Notes: generated by a model from the letters alone, not told the origin. Counted from the stretch's first letter, positions 1 through 9,213 are shown. The stretch: DNA of 64,000 nt from Patescibacteria group bacterium (GCA_041658665.1 JBAZZR010000003.1:68125-132124); one strand, 5' to 3'. Translations and numbers: made by a program.

Positions 1-132
1 GGCCCCTTCAAAAATATGGAGGGTAAGGTAACCGCCGTTGACGAAGCTAAGGGAAAAATAAAAGTTTCGGTCTCGATGTTCGGCCGCGAAACGCCAGTTG
101 AATTAGACTTTTTACAAATTAGAAAAATTTAA
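1..132 (+). CDS. nusG: Transcription antitermination factor NusG, C-terminal KOW fragment (5' end lies outside the window)
   Basis: Frame +1 from the window edge reads GPFKNMEGKVTAVDEAKGKIKVSVSMFGRETPVELDFLQIRKI*, a KOW-type C-terminus. It sits directly upstream of rplK-rplA, as in the conserved nusG-rplKA cluster. It is absent from the ORF track because it is partial. Confidence 0.7.
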   Translation, partial: GPFKNMEGKVTAVDEAKGKIKVSVSMFGRETPVELDFLQIRKI

Positions 133-185
133 AAAACGAGCAGCGCTTCTCTGCCCTTAATATTCAGTCAACAAATTAGAAAAAT

Positions 186-608
186 ATGGCTAAAAAAATA
201 AAAACTAAAATAAAATTACAAATTGCTGGCGGTCAAGCTAACCCGGCGCCACCAGTCGGTCCAGCTTTAGGCCAACACGGTTTAAATATCGCCGAATTCT
301 GTAAACAATTTAATGATAAAACCAAGGATAAAATGGGCGACATCATTCCGGTCGAAATTACCGTTTATGAAGATCGCAGTTATGATTTCATCTTAAAAAC
401 CCCGCCCGCCGCGGAACTGATTAAAAAAGCCGCTGGCATTAAAAAAGGTTCTGGTAAACCTTTAACCGAAAAAATCGGCACTATTACTAACGCCCAATTA
501 GAAGAAATCGCTCAAATAAAAATGTCCGACCTGAATGCTAACGATCTAGAAGCAGCCAAAAATACCATTGCCGGAACGGCCAGACAAATGGGAGTCGAAA
601 TAAAATAA
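186..608 (+). CDS. rplK: 50S ribosomal protein L11 (uL11)
   Basis: 140 aa with the [14 protein letters not shown] motif typical of uL11. Followed by rplA. Confidence 0.97.
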   Translation: MAKKIKTKIKLQIAGGQANPAPPVGPALGQHGLNIAEFCKQFNDKTKDKMGDIIPVEITVYEDRSYDFILKTPPAAELIKKAAGIKKGSGKPLTEKIGTITNAQLEEIAQIKMSDLNANDLEAAKNTIAGTARQMGVEIK

Positions 609-627
609 AAATTATAATTTATTAATT

Positions 628-667
628 GTGGGAGTCGACTTAAATAATTTTAAGCGACGATGACCAC
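628..667 (+). promoter_or_regulatory. Candidate structured mRNA element in the rplK-rplA spacer (possible uL1 autoregulatory site)
   Basis: Imperfect hairpin GUGGGA-GUCGACUUAAA-uaau-UUUAAG-CGAC-GAUGA-CCAC: a helix with one bulge plus an asymmetric internal loop. It ends 11 nt before the rplA AUG. Its shape resembles uL1-binding mRNA mimics of the 23S L1 stalk. Not verified. Confidence 0.25.
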
Positions 668-678
668 GAAATAAAACT

Positions 679-1428
679 ATGGCTAAAGAAAAAATAGTTA
701 AAGAAAAAAAGACCATTAGCAAAAAGGGGGTAATAAATTCGCCGATTATTAAAAAAGAAAAAAAACAAGATTACTCGACAATTTATGACCGAACTAAAGC
801 CTACTCCCCGGAGGAGGCTCTAGAAATAACCAAAAAGATTACTAAAACAAAATTCGATGCTTCTTTAGAGGTTCACTTTCGCCTAGGTATTAATACCAAA
901 AAAGGCGATCAACAGGTTCGTGGTTCGGTCAGCTTACCACACGGCACCGGAAAAACTATCAAAGTGGCAGCCTTTGTTTCTCCAGAAAATGAAGCGGCCG
1001 TTAAAGCGGCGGGGGCGGATTTTGTAGGCGGTGAAGAGCTAATTGCCGAAATTAAGAAAACCGAAAAAACTGATTTCCAAGTAGCTATCGCCGAACCTGC
1101 TCTTATGAAAAATTTAGCGATGATCGCGAAAATTCTCGGCACCAGAGGTTTAATGCCCTCCCCGAAAAACGATACCGTTACTACCAACCCCGTCAAAACC
1201 GTGGAGGAACTAAAGAAAGGTAAAATCAGTTTTAAAAATGACGATACAGCTAATGTCCACGCGGTCATTGGTAAAATCAGTTTTGATACTAAAAAATTAT
1301 TAGAAAATTATCAAACCTTACTAGATATCGTCAAAAAAAGTAAACCGGCTGCTTCTAAGGGAACTTATATTAAAAATATCAGTTTTTCGTCTTCGATGAG
1401 CGCTGGAGTAAAAGTGAATCTTTCTTAA
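679..1428 (+). CDS. rplA: 50S ribosomal protein L1 (uL1), with a Lys-rich N-terminal extension
   Basis: 249 aa with a typical uL1 core (LEVHFRLGINTKKGDQQVRGSVSLPHGTGK). It has about 20 extra lysine-rich residues near the N-terminus. Confidence 0.97.
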   Translation: MAKEKIVKEKKTISKKGVINSPIIKKEKKQDYSTIYDRTKAYSPEEALEITKKITKTKFDASLEVHFRLGINTKKGDQQVRGSVSLPHGTGKTIKVAAFVSPENEAAVKAAGADFVGGEELIAEIKKTEKTDFQVAIAEPALMKNLAMIAKILGTRGLMPSPKNDTVTTNPVKTVEELKKGKISFKNDDTANVHAVIGKISFDTKKLLENYQTLLDIVKKSKPAASKGTYIKNISFSSSMSAGVKVNLS

Positions 1429-1462
1429 CATTATTCCCGTCTAATTAAAGCCTAATCAAATA

Positions 1463-1491
1463 TTGACTTATTTTATCAATACTGCTATAAT
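1463..1491 (+). promoter_or_regulatory. Sigma-70-type promoter (TTGACT-17 nt-TGcTATAAT)
   Basis: -35 TTGACT at 1463-1468, a 17-nt spacer, and -10 TATAAT at 1486-1491 preceded by TGc (extended -10). It lies upstream of the RRM gene. Confidence 0.5.
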
Positions 1492-1510
1492 GATTAATAG
1501 GTAAGCGTAA

Positions 1511-1540
1511 AAAAAGAGCGGACCAAACCGTTCTTTTTTT
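1511..1540 (+). terminator. Intrinsic-terminator-like hairpin plus U-run, either the rplKA terminator or a leader attenuator
   Basis: AGAGCGG-accaaa-CCGTTCT (7 bp with one G-U pair) followed by T7. It lies downstream of the 1463-1491 promoter and 47 nt upstream of the RRM gene ATG. Confidence 0.55.
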
Positions 1541-1586
1541 AAGAAAAAGGTCGTCTTACAATTAAAAAAAATAAGTAGAAAAAAAG

Positions 1587-1844
1587 ATGAAAAAATTATT
1601 TGTCGGCGGCTTGTCTTTCAAGACGACTGAACAGGGCCTAGCGGATTCTTTCGCTAAAGCCGGAAAAGTTTTGTCCGCTATTATTATCACCGACCGGATG
1701 ACTCACCGCTCTAAGGGCTTCGGCTTTGTAGAGATGGAAAATAACGATGAAGCGGATAAGGCTATTGCTATGTTCAATAACCAAGAATTAGATGGACGCA
1801 CCGTTGTGGTTAACGAGGCTCGTCCTCTAGAAAAGAGATTCTAA
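1587..1844 (+). CDS. RRM-type RNA-binding protein (RNP-1/RNP-2 motifs)
   Basis: 85 aa with RNP-2 LFVGGL and RNP-1 KGFGFVEM. Confidence 0.9.
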   Translation: MKKLFVGGLSFKTTEQGLADSFAKAGKVLSAIIITDRMTHRSKGFGFVEMENNDEADKAIAMFNNQELDGRTVVVNEARPLEKRF

Positions 1845-1861
1845 CTACACGATTTAGAAAT

Positions 1862-1897
1862 AAACAAAAACACTCCCTACGGGGAGTGTTTTTGTTT
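1862..1897. terminator. Bidirectional intrinsic terminator between convergent genes
   Basis: 16-bp perfect stem AAACAAAAACACTCCC-tacg-GGGAGTGTTTTTGTTT with A/T runs on both sides. Confidence 0.7.
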
Positions 1898-1921
1898 ATA
1901 TGTAACCAATGATTTCAACTG

Positions 1922-2548
1922 CTATTCAAAATTCCTAATCGGCCGATGACTAAGAGCCGGCTCATCTCGTCCGACTGCGGGCGGCCCTCCGGGCGACAGT
2001 TGATCGGCTGAAACTGCCTGACGATTAGTATCCGATGATACGACGGCGGCGCCGTCACGATGAAATAAATTATCTTTAGTCTGTTTTCTAATAGTATCCA
2101 CCACTTTTTTCAAATCATCACGATCCTGCCAGCTAAAATGGCTTCCCTCCGCTTTAACCATCTTACGCGATTCCTTCATAATGTTTATCTTATCCCGCCG
2201 GCTGATCATAACCTTTGAGCCGACAGCCTTGTTTTTCAAACGATCAGCGATAAGATTATGAATCTGTTTCAAGTTATCAAAAGAAAGATTCTTAGTCGTA
2301 GTTCTTCGACCCATTGTTTTGACGCCCATCAGTTGGCCCTTAAGTCCAAAATTAGTTTTTTCACCCAACCGCTTATAGTAAGATCCCTCAATCATAAGCC
2401 GACCGGAGCCGATCTTATCCACATTTAAATTATCGAAAACACTCCTGACCTTACCGACTGGCGAGCTAAGAGAACGACGATCATTATTGATTATCGACCC
2501 CAAACCGCCGCCAGAGCTGACTAAGGGTCGCACCGGTTGTATATTCAT
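1922..2548 (-). CDS. Hypothetical protein (208 aa)
   Basis: A long ORF whose start overlaps the upstream gene's stop by 4 nt (ATGA). No motif recognised. The 3' end is unusually GC-rich. Confidence 0.5.
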   Translation of the reverse strand: MNIQPVRPLVSSGGGLGSIINNDRRSLSSPVGKVRSVFDNLNVDKIGSGRLMIEGSYYKRLGEKTNFGLKGQLMGVKTMGRRTTTKNLSFDNLKQIHNLIADRLKNKAVGSKVMISRRDKINIMKESRKMVKAEGSHFSWQDRDDLKKVVDTIRKQTKDNLFHRDGAAVVSSDTNRQAVSADQLSPGGPPAVGRDEPALSHRPIRNFE

Positions 2549-3705
2549 AAACTATTTTTCAATTTTGAAATCTGTTCTATTAAAATTGTATTGAAAGCCA
2601 AAATAATAATAAAAATTAAAATCAGAGAATTGCCGCCCAAGAATATACCACCCATAATAGCAACGATAGCTGCGCCCAAAGTGGTCACAATATTATCCAT
2701 GGCCACGCCAACAATAGCGTCGCCGATTCGGCCGTTAGCATGAACGGAAAAATTGTGAACTACAATCATCTCGCCGAAACAGCCGATCAAACCGGCTAAA
2801 ACGCCGGTAATAACGAAAGGGATATGGGTCAGGTGAGAAAACACCTCGATGGCCCTAACCATACTCTCAGCGGCAAATAAAATTGCTAAACCGGACATGA
2901 TTAAATCTAGCCAAATACGCCAAGTCCCCTGGCGATTATAATATCTTTCGTCATTCACAATCTCTGATAACGGCGATTCGGGGCGCTCACTCTGACGAAA
3001 ATAATAAAGAACGCCAGCGCACAGAAAAAACAAGGCGATACCCACCGGCCAAATCAACTCATACATGTCACCGGATATCCCCATAATTCCCGCCTCGACC
3101 TTACCGAATAAAACCATGCTAATCGCGACAAAAGCCGTTAAAACAGTCAAAGCCGTTAAAATTCTAATAGCGTTATCAATCTCCCGCCGCGTTGGCTTGT
3201 TCTTATGTTGGGTAATCGGATTCAAGCTGCCGCCCGACTTGAAGAACGGAAACATTAAAATATTTCGACCAGTCAAATTCGCTAAATTTTGACGATAGAT
3301 ACACCAAGCCGCGTGAATAATATTGTAAATATTGGAACCAAAGGTAGTAGCGGCGGCGACAACAGCTAAATTAATAGCCCGCGTATAATCAGTGTCTCTA
3401 ATTTTTAAAGAAATAAAAGCCGCAACTATCCCAATAACCATATCCGGAAAAGCTGTTCCAAAAGCTTGCAAAAACCCGCCCGCCAGCTTAGTACGATCCT
3501 TTAAAACATCCGTTGTCTCTTCGATTACTTTGGCCGTGCCGCTAAAAATATAACCAATGCCGATATAAAATATCAAACCGATGACCAAGGCCTGGACCCA
3601 CCAGACCCCACCCTGATCTAATAATTTATCGACCAGTAAAAATCGCAAACCTAAAGCAGCGACAATATAGACGATAATTTTTGCGAACTTATTTTTGATC
3701 AACAT
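2545..3705 (-). CDS. Polytopic membrane protein, probably a Ca2+/cation antiporter (CaCA, YrbG-like)
   Basis: 386 aa and very hydrophobic. GTAFPDMVIG and GSNIYNI resemble the CaCA alpha-repeat motifs GTSxPE and GSNIFNI. The second repeat is degenerate. Confidence 0.5.
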   Translation of the reverse strand: MLIKNKFAKIIVYIVAALGLRFLLVDKLLDQGGVWWVQALVIGLIFYIGIGYIFSGTAKVIEETTDVLKDRTKLAGGFLQAFGTAFPDMVIGIVAAFISLKIRDTDYTRAINLAVVAAATTFGSNIYNIIHAAWCIYRQNLANLTGRNILMFPFFKSGGSLNPITQHKNKPTRREIDNAIRILTALTVLTAFVAISMVLFGKVEAGIMGISGDMYELIWPVGIALFFLCAGVLYYFRQSERPESPLSEIVNDERYYNRQGTWRIWLDLIMSGLAILFAAESMVRAIEVFSHLTHIPFVITGVLAGLIGCFGEMIVVHNFSVHANGRIGDAIVGVAMDNIVTTLGAAIVAIMGGIFLGGNSLILIFIIILAFNTILIEQISKLKNSL

Positions 3706-3717
3706 ACTGATTACTTT

Positions 3718-4155
3718 TTATTTTTTTAAAATCTTTACGGCCGGGATTTTCCTTTTAACAGGCTTAATACCGGGCTTAATAATTTGACTCTGCTCATAAT
3801 CAGCGATTGCTTTTTTTAAACCAGCCACGGCCATCACCGAGCAATGAATCTTTTGACTCGGTAACCCGCCGAGCTCCTCAACAATCTTCTGCCAATTATA
3901 TTTTTTCGCGGCCGCAATAGTTAACCCTTTGACCTTTTCAGAAAGAAGCGAAGCCGTAGCAATATTAGAAGCACAACCAAAGGATAAAAATTTTACATCT
4001 TTTATTCTTCCCTTTTCTACTTTAAGAAAAAAATTAAGCTGATCGCCGCAAACCATATTACCAATTTGCGCATAGCCATCTGGTTTCTTAATCGAGCCGA
4101 CATTCTTCGGTTTTAAAAAATGATGTAAAGTCTTTTTGGTATAATTAAGAGCCAT
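3718..4155 (-). CDS. nifU: U-type Fe-S cluster scaffold (NifU/IscU N-terminal domain type)
   Basis: The three conserved Cys contexts are present: MVCGDQ, SFGCASNIATAS and KIHCSVMA. It is adjacent to the cysteine desulfurase gene. Confidence 0.85.
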   Translation of the reverse strand: MALNYTKKTLHHFLKPKNVGSIKKPDGYAQIGNMVCGDQLNFFLKVEKGRIKDVKFLSFGCASNIATASLLSEKVKGLTIAAAKKYNWQKIVEELGGLPSQKIHCSVMAVAGLKKAIADYEQSQIIKPGIKPVKRKIPAVKILKK

Positions 4156-4187
4156 AAAATTAAAATTATTGACAGTCCCCTCTACCC

Positions 4188-5339
4188 CTAGTTAATCGGG
4201 CTAAAACTTCGCAGACGTTTCACCGTATCTTTCAAACATTTAAGAGTATAATCAATTTCCCGCCGCGTATTAAAGCGACCTAAAGAAAAACGGATATTAC
4301 TATTAAGATAATTCTTATCTAAGCCAATCGCCCTTAAAACATGAGACGATTTCAGGTTAGTGGCCGAACAAGCCGACCCAGTCGAAACATAAACTCCTCG
4401 AGACGACAAATCAATCAGAATAGCTTCACCTTCAATATTCTTAAACATCACATTAAGATTAGCCGGGCTACGCTTAGTCCAAGAACCATTTAATTTAACG
4501 TCCGAAATCTCCTTTTTTATTTTTTGCCAAAAATAATCACGTAAACCTTTGACTTCCCGTAAATAAGTTTTCTGTTCTTTATAAGCTAAATCTAAAGCAG
4601 CCGCTAAACCGATTATGCCCGGTAAATTATAAGTACCCGAGCGATAGCCTTCTTCTTGCCCCCCGCCGACAATTAGCGGCCTTATTTTAACCGCTCGGTT
4701 AAGATAAGCTAAACCAACTCCTTTTGGCCCATAAAATTTATGAGCCGATAGCGTTAAGAAGTCGAGAGCCATTTTCTTAATATCTAAATTTAAATAAGGA
4801 ACGGCTTGAACCGCATCGGTATGAAAATAAGCGCCCGCTCCGTGAGCGATTTTAGCTAAAGCAGCGATATCTTGAATAGTGCCTATCTCATTATTTACGG
4901 CTATGATAGAAACTAAAATAGTATCTCTATCAACTAATTTACTAAGTGCTTCGGGTTTTACTAGACCATTTGCGTCTACCGGCACAAACTCTATTTTAAA
5001 ACCCTCATCGGCTAGTTCATGAGCCGATTCGCGAACACAGGGGTGTTCAATATTAGAAATAATAATTTTATTACCACGCTGGCGATTAGCGCGCGCGACG
5101 CCTTTAATAATAAAATTATTGGCTTCCGTCGCGCTAGAACAAAAAACAATATTCTCGGCCTCGCCGTGTAAAATCTTCGCGACCTTCTTTTTAGCCTCTA
5201 AAAGCTCACCATAGGCCTCTTGACCAAGCCGGTGGATAGAAGAAGCATTTGCGTATTTAGTCGTTAAATATGGCTTCATTTTCGCCAAAACGCGCGAGTC
5301 TAAGCGCGTTGTGGCGGCATTGTCTAAATAGACGGACAT
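4188..5339 (-). CDS. nifS: Cysteine desulfurase (NifS/IscS class)
   Basis: 383 aa with the PLP-lysine motif SAHKFYGPKG and the active-site loop STGSACS. Confidence 0.9.
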   Translation of the reverse strand: MSVYLDNAATTRLDSRVLAKMKPYLTTKYANASSIHRLGQEAYGELLEAKKKVAKILHGEAENIVFCSSATEANNFIIKGVARANRQRGNKIIISNIEHPCVRESAHELADEGFKIEFVPVDANGLVKPEALSKLVDRDTILVSIIAVNNEIGTIQDIAALAKIAHGAGAYFHTDAVQAVPYLNLDIKKMALDFLTLSAHKFYGPKGVGLAYLNRAVKIRPLIVGGGQEEGYRSGTYNLPGIIGLAAALDLAYKEQKTYLREVKGLRDYFWQKIKKEISDVKLNGSWTKRSPANLNVMFKNIEGEAILIDLSSRGVYVSTGSACSATNLKSSHVLRAIGLDKNYLNSNIRFSLGRFNTRREIDYTLKCLKDTVKRLRSFSPIN

Positions 5340-5385
5340 ATTTTAATTTATCCCCACCAAGCCAAATTTTGGTTAGTGAGAATTT

Positions 5386-6207
5386 CTATTTCAATAATTC
5401 AATACTGTTAATTATTACCTCAGCCACCGGCCGATCATTCGCTCCAGTTTCTACCGCGCCAATTTTTTTAACAATCTCGAGGCCGGAAACGACTTCCCCG
5501 AAATTAGTGTGGTGACCGTCAAGCCAAGGGGTCTCCGCCGCTGTGACAATAAAAAACTGGGAACCATTAGTATCCGCACCAGAATTAGCCATCGCTAAAC
5601 TACCAATAACCAGTTTATGGTTATTGAATTCGTCTTTAAAACGGTAACCCGGCCCACCCGTACCATAAACACTAACATCACTCCCCCGACTTAAGGGGTC
5701 GCCGCCTTGAATCATGAAATCTCTAATAACGCGGTGAAATTTAGTGCCATTATAAAAACCGGCCTTAGCTAAATTCAAAAAATTGTTAACCGTCACCGGC
5801 GAATCGGCTCCATAAAATTTAACTTTAATATCGCCATAATTAGTTTTAATTAAAGCTTGCGAGTACTGCTTTAATAGGTCTGATTGGTTGTCGGGAGTTG
5901 ACATAGATTCATTATTACTAACCGGCTGGCTCGAGGCCGGAGCCTCTTTTATAATAGTTTCGCCAGACGGGGCGATCGCGCTGGCCGCGGCCGCTGAATT
6001 ATTATTTTGAATAAGATCAGGAGTAACGACAGGGCTATTCTCTTTTAAGCCCCCACTCTCCTCAGCACTTAATTCCGGCGCCTGATTAACGCTTTCTTCA
6101 GAATTTTGATTAACATTTTTATCGGTTTCGGATGAATTTTCTTTAGAACAAGCGGTCACGCTCAACACAATCATTAAGATTGTTGAAATAAAAAACAATT
6201 TTTTCAT
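5386..6207 (-). CDS. Cyclophilin-type peptidyl-prolyl isomerase, lipoprotein
   Basis: Signal peptide plus lipobox LSVTAC, a low-complexity linker, then the cyclophilin motifs FHRVIRDFMIQGGDP and GSQFFI. Confidence 0.9.
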   Translation of the reverse strand: MKKLFFISTILMIVLSVTACSKENSSETDKNVNQNSEESVNQAPELSAEESGGLKENSPVVTPDLIQNNNSAAAASAIAPSGETIIKEAPASSQPVSNNESMSTPDNQSDLLKQYSQALIKTNYGDIKVKFYGADSPVTVNNFLNLAKAGFYNGTKFHRVIRDFMIQGGDPLSRGSDVSVYGTGGPGYRFKDEFNNHKLVIGSLAMANSGADTNGSQFFIVTAAETPWLDGHHTNFGEVVSGLEIVKKIGAVETGANDRPVAEVIINSIELLK

Positions 6208-6231
6208 ACTTTTATACTAAATTTATAAATA

Positions 6232-7716
6232 TTAGACTTTATAATGGCGCTTCATTTCTTTTTCCTCTTTCTCCCGTTCTTCAATAATTAAAGCTTTCGC
6301 CCTCAGCCGCAATTCCGCTAAATCAAGTTCCCCAATTTCTTGAGCCCGTTTTTCTAAGTAAGCAGAATTATTTAAAGCCGGATCCTCAATTACTTCGCCT
6401 AGTAATACGTCTAAAATCATGCCGATCTTCGGTCCGGCCGCACTCTGCAAAATTCGCATGATGTCATCGCCCTTAATTTTCAACATTTTCACAGAAATCG
6501 GATCATTCTGAACGCTCTCGAGCATATACTGAAGATGACGTAATTTATAAGGCATCGCCTTAGGCGTTCCTGAGCCTAAACGATCGGCGACCCGTAAGTC
6601 TAAAAGATCCTGTAAATTTTCCTTACCAACCTTAACCACTAGACGACGAACGGAGGCGGCGCTCACTTCCCCCACATTATAATAAAACATGTGATTTTTC
6701 ACAAGATTAACTACACGCCGGCTATCATCAGTCGAAAATTTTAAACGCCGCATAATCCGCTCTGTCATTTTAGCTCCTAAATATTCATGGTTATAAAAAG
6801 TCGCTATCCCTTTAATAATTTTTCTAGTTTGCGGTTTACCGACATCGTGTAAGAGCGCTGCTAAACGAACGGGCCAAGTCTTATTCGGACAATGTTCTAA
6901 AGATAAAACATTATGTTTAAAGACCGGGTAAATATGGTGGCGATCTTGGGCGACGCCAACGCCTTGTTCGAGCTCTGGCAAAATATACTGTAGAAGTTTA
7001 GACTCATGCAAAAGATTTATTCCCAAGGCCGGACGATCGGAAGATAAAATCTTAATAAGCTCGTCACGAATTCTCTCCTGAGAAACAAATTTAAGACTGC
7101 CGGCTAATTTTATAATCGCCCGCTGAGTTTTCGGCTCAAGAGCAAAACCTAGTTGCGCGCTAAAACGAATCGCTCTTAGCATCCGCAAAGCATCTTCTTT
7201 AAAACGATTGCTCGGTTCGCCCACGGCGCGAATTATTTTATGTTTAATATCTTTTTCGCCGCCGAATAAATCAATAATTTCTCCCGGTTTAGTTGGATTA
7301 AGCGCTAAAGCGTTAATGGTAAAATCTCGGCGCTCTAAATCCTTATCTAATTCTTTTTCGAATAGAACTGCGTCCGGATGACGGCGGTCAGAGTAACCTT
7401 GTTCGCTCCGATAAGTCGTTATTTCAACCACATCTGTTAGTTCTCCTTTAGCGCCTTCGTTTAAAGCTGGCTGGCGAATCGGCAGCAAAACCGTACCAAA
7501 ATTATTCTCATACTTCGCAGCGGAAAAAACCGCTAAGATCTGTTCCGGCCGCGCATTAGTCGTAATATCCCAGTCTTGTGGCGCTTTATTCATTAAAACA
7601 TCGCGCACGCAGCCACCAACAATATAGGCCTCATAATGAGAGGCCTCCAAATCCTTAATAATATTTAAAATATAATCGGGAATATTCATACAGATAATAA
7701 ACAGATAATAAATCAA
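6232..7716 (-). CDS. cca: CCA-adding tRNA nucleotidyltransferase / poly(A) polymerase family with an HD domain
   Basis: GGCVRDVLMNKAPQDWDITT nucleotidyltransferase head, RFSAQLGF, and HD (LLHDVGK). The true start may be the ATG at 7689 (MNIPDYILNII). Confidence 0.8.
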   Translation of the reverse strand: MIYYLFIICMNIPDYILNIIKDLEASHYEAYIVGGCVRDVLMNKAPQDWDITTNARPEQILAVFSAAKYENNFGTVLLPIRQPALNEGAKGELTDVVEITTYRSEQGYSDRRHPDAVLFEKELDKDLERRDFTINALALNPTKPGEIIDLFGGEKDIKHKIIRAVGEPSNRFKEDALRMLRAIRFSAQLGFALEPKTQRAIIKLAGSLKFVSQERIRDELIKILSSDRPALGINLLHESKLLQYILPELEQGVGVAQDRHHIYPVFKHNVLSLEHCPNKTWPVRLAALLHDVGKPQTRKIIKGIATFYNHEYLGAKMTERIMRRLKFSTDDSRRVVNLVKNHMFYYNVGEVSAASVRRLVVKVGKENLQDLLDLRVADRLGSGTPKAMPYKLRHLQYMLESVQNDPISVKMLKIKGDDIMRILQSAAGPKIGMILDVLLGEVIEDPALNNSAYLEKRAQEIGELDLAELRLRAKALIIEEREKEEKEMKRHYKV

Positions 7717-7726
7717 GTCTTAATAT

Positions 7727-8413
7727 TTATATTTCACCCTTAATTTCTTTCTCTAAACGGACCAGAAACTGCTCTTCATAAACAATTCTCTCTGCCCCAA
7801 TTTTTTTAGCTGTAGCGGTATATAATTTTTCCAATAAATGTTTTTCTTTTAGTTCCCACTGAATTTGGACACTATGTTTCGAACGATCTTTAATTCGTCC
7901 ATTAAATTTACCGCCGACTAAATTGTCCTGCGCATATTCTTCTAAGCTAGCGACCGTTTTATAAATTTTGGCTTTATTTTTTCCCATCCAAGCATAGCCA
8001 CGCGCCACGCCAATCGCTCCGATAGCATCTAACTTATCAGCGTCAAACAAAATTTTAGCTTCGATAGTTTTTGGCTTATTATCTGTTCGATACCGATGCG
8101 ATAGAATACAATCCTGAATATGAGCGATCTGGTCTGGCGAAAAATTAAGTTTTTCCAAAATTGGCTTCGCCATTTCCTGACCAACTACCGCGTGATCAGT
8201 CGCGCCGGTCGGATCATTAGCTTCTTGAGCGCCGCCAATATCGTGTAATAAAACGGCGGCTTGCAGAATTTCTAAATCAACGCCGGTTTCATTTTCCGCG
8301 ATAATTAAAGCTAAATTATAAACGCGCAGGACATGATCAAGATCATGCGCCGAGCAATCTTTTAGTTCCGCCATCGCTAGCTGTTTAATTTTTTCAAATT
8401 TTTCGTCCATCAT
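7727..8413 (-). CDS. HD-domain phosphohydrolase
   Basis: H...HD motif (LLHDIGG) with later H and D residues (SHRY, FDADKLD). Confidence 0.75.
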   Translation of the reverse strand: MMDEKFEKIKQLAMAELKDCSAHDLDHVLRVYNLALIIAENETGVDLEILQAAVLLHDIGGAQEANDPTGATDHAVVGQEMAKPILEKLNFSPDQIAHIQDCILSHRYRTDNKPKTIEAKILFDADKLDAIGAIGVARGYAWMGKNKAKIYKTVASLEEYAQDNLVGGKFNGRIKDRSKHSVQIQWELKEKHLLEKLYTATAKKIGAERIVYEEQFLVRLEKEIKGEI

Positions 8414-8431
8414 AAATAACCACTCTAAAAA

Positions 8432-9163
8432 TTAGCGCGCCGTCCACCCGCCATCGACATAAATAACCGTCCCGGTCACATATTTAGAATCTTCACTCGC
8501 TAAATATAAAGCGGCTTGAGCAATATCATTAGGCTCGCCAACATGTCCTAAAGGAGTATTAGTTTCTACTAATTTTTTAAAATCAGGATTCTCTAAAATT
8601 CCTTTGGTCATATTCGTTGCAATAAAGCCAGGCGCAATCGCGTTCATTCTAATACCCAGGGGCGCTAAATCTAAAGCCGCCGCATGAGTCAACTGGACGA
8701 CTCCGCCTTTAGTAGCGGAGTAAGCTAAGGCGCCCGGAAAACCAACCTGGCCTAAAATAGAGCTCATATTAATAATCGAACCCTTAATTCCCGCCGCTTG
8801 CATCGCTCGAGCCGCGGCGCGGGCGCCATAAAAAACTCCGAATAAATTAACCCGCAAAGTTCGCTCCCAAGATTCGTCGGTCGTATCAAGTATTCCGCCT
8901 AAGGAACCGATCCCGGCGTTACTAACCATAATATCTAGACGCCCAAATTTATCTAGCGCGGCTTTAACCAACGCTTCAACTTCTGAGGCGCTCGCCACGT
9001 CACACTTAACAAAGGCGGCTTGAGCCGGATCTAATTTTAAATCATTGTTGCTAACGTCTGAATAAATTACTTTGGCGCCTTCGGCGACAAATAAATTGGC
9101 AATTGCTAAACCGATGCCGGAAGCGGCGCCGGTTACAACCGCTACTTTATTTTCTAATTTCAT
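8432..9163 (-). CDS. Short-chain dehydrogenase/reductase (SDR, FabG-like)
   Basis: TGAASGIGLA cofactor motif, NAG, and the catalytic YSATKGG. Confidence 0.85.
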   Translation of the reverse strand: MKLENKVAVVTGAASGIGLAIANLFVAEGAKVIYSDVSNNDLKLDPAQAAFVKCDVASASEVEALVKAALDKFGRLDIMVSNAGIGSLGGILDTTDESWERTLRVNLFGVFYGARAAARAMQAAGIKGSIINMSSILGQVGFPGALAYSATKGGVVQLTHAAALDLAPLGIRMNAIAPGFIATNMTKGILENPDFKKLVETNTPLGHVGEPNDIAQAALYLASEDSKYVTGTVIYVDGGWTAR

Positions 9164-9213
9164 ATGATTAATAATTATAAGACTAGAGCAGTCTTTTTTA
9201 TTTTCTTAATATT

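Noticed and set aside
909-1268. Antisense ORFs inside well-supported genes (909-1268; also 3065-3292, 9827-10054, 10800-11198, 40153-40845, 44284-44736, 45139-45426, 52533-53051, 56083-56331 and several within 58.8-62.6 kb).
   Set aside because: Each lies fully opposite a gene with strong family motifs. They have low-complexity or odd compositions and no RBS or promoter context, so I treat them as shadow ORFs.
2545-2548. Possible alternative genetic code (UGA recoding, as in some CPR lineages).
   Set aside because: TGA works as a stop here in an ATGA stop/start overlap. All conserved genes translate full-length with the standard code.
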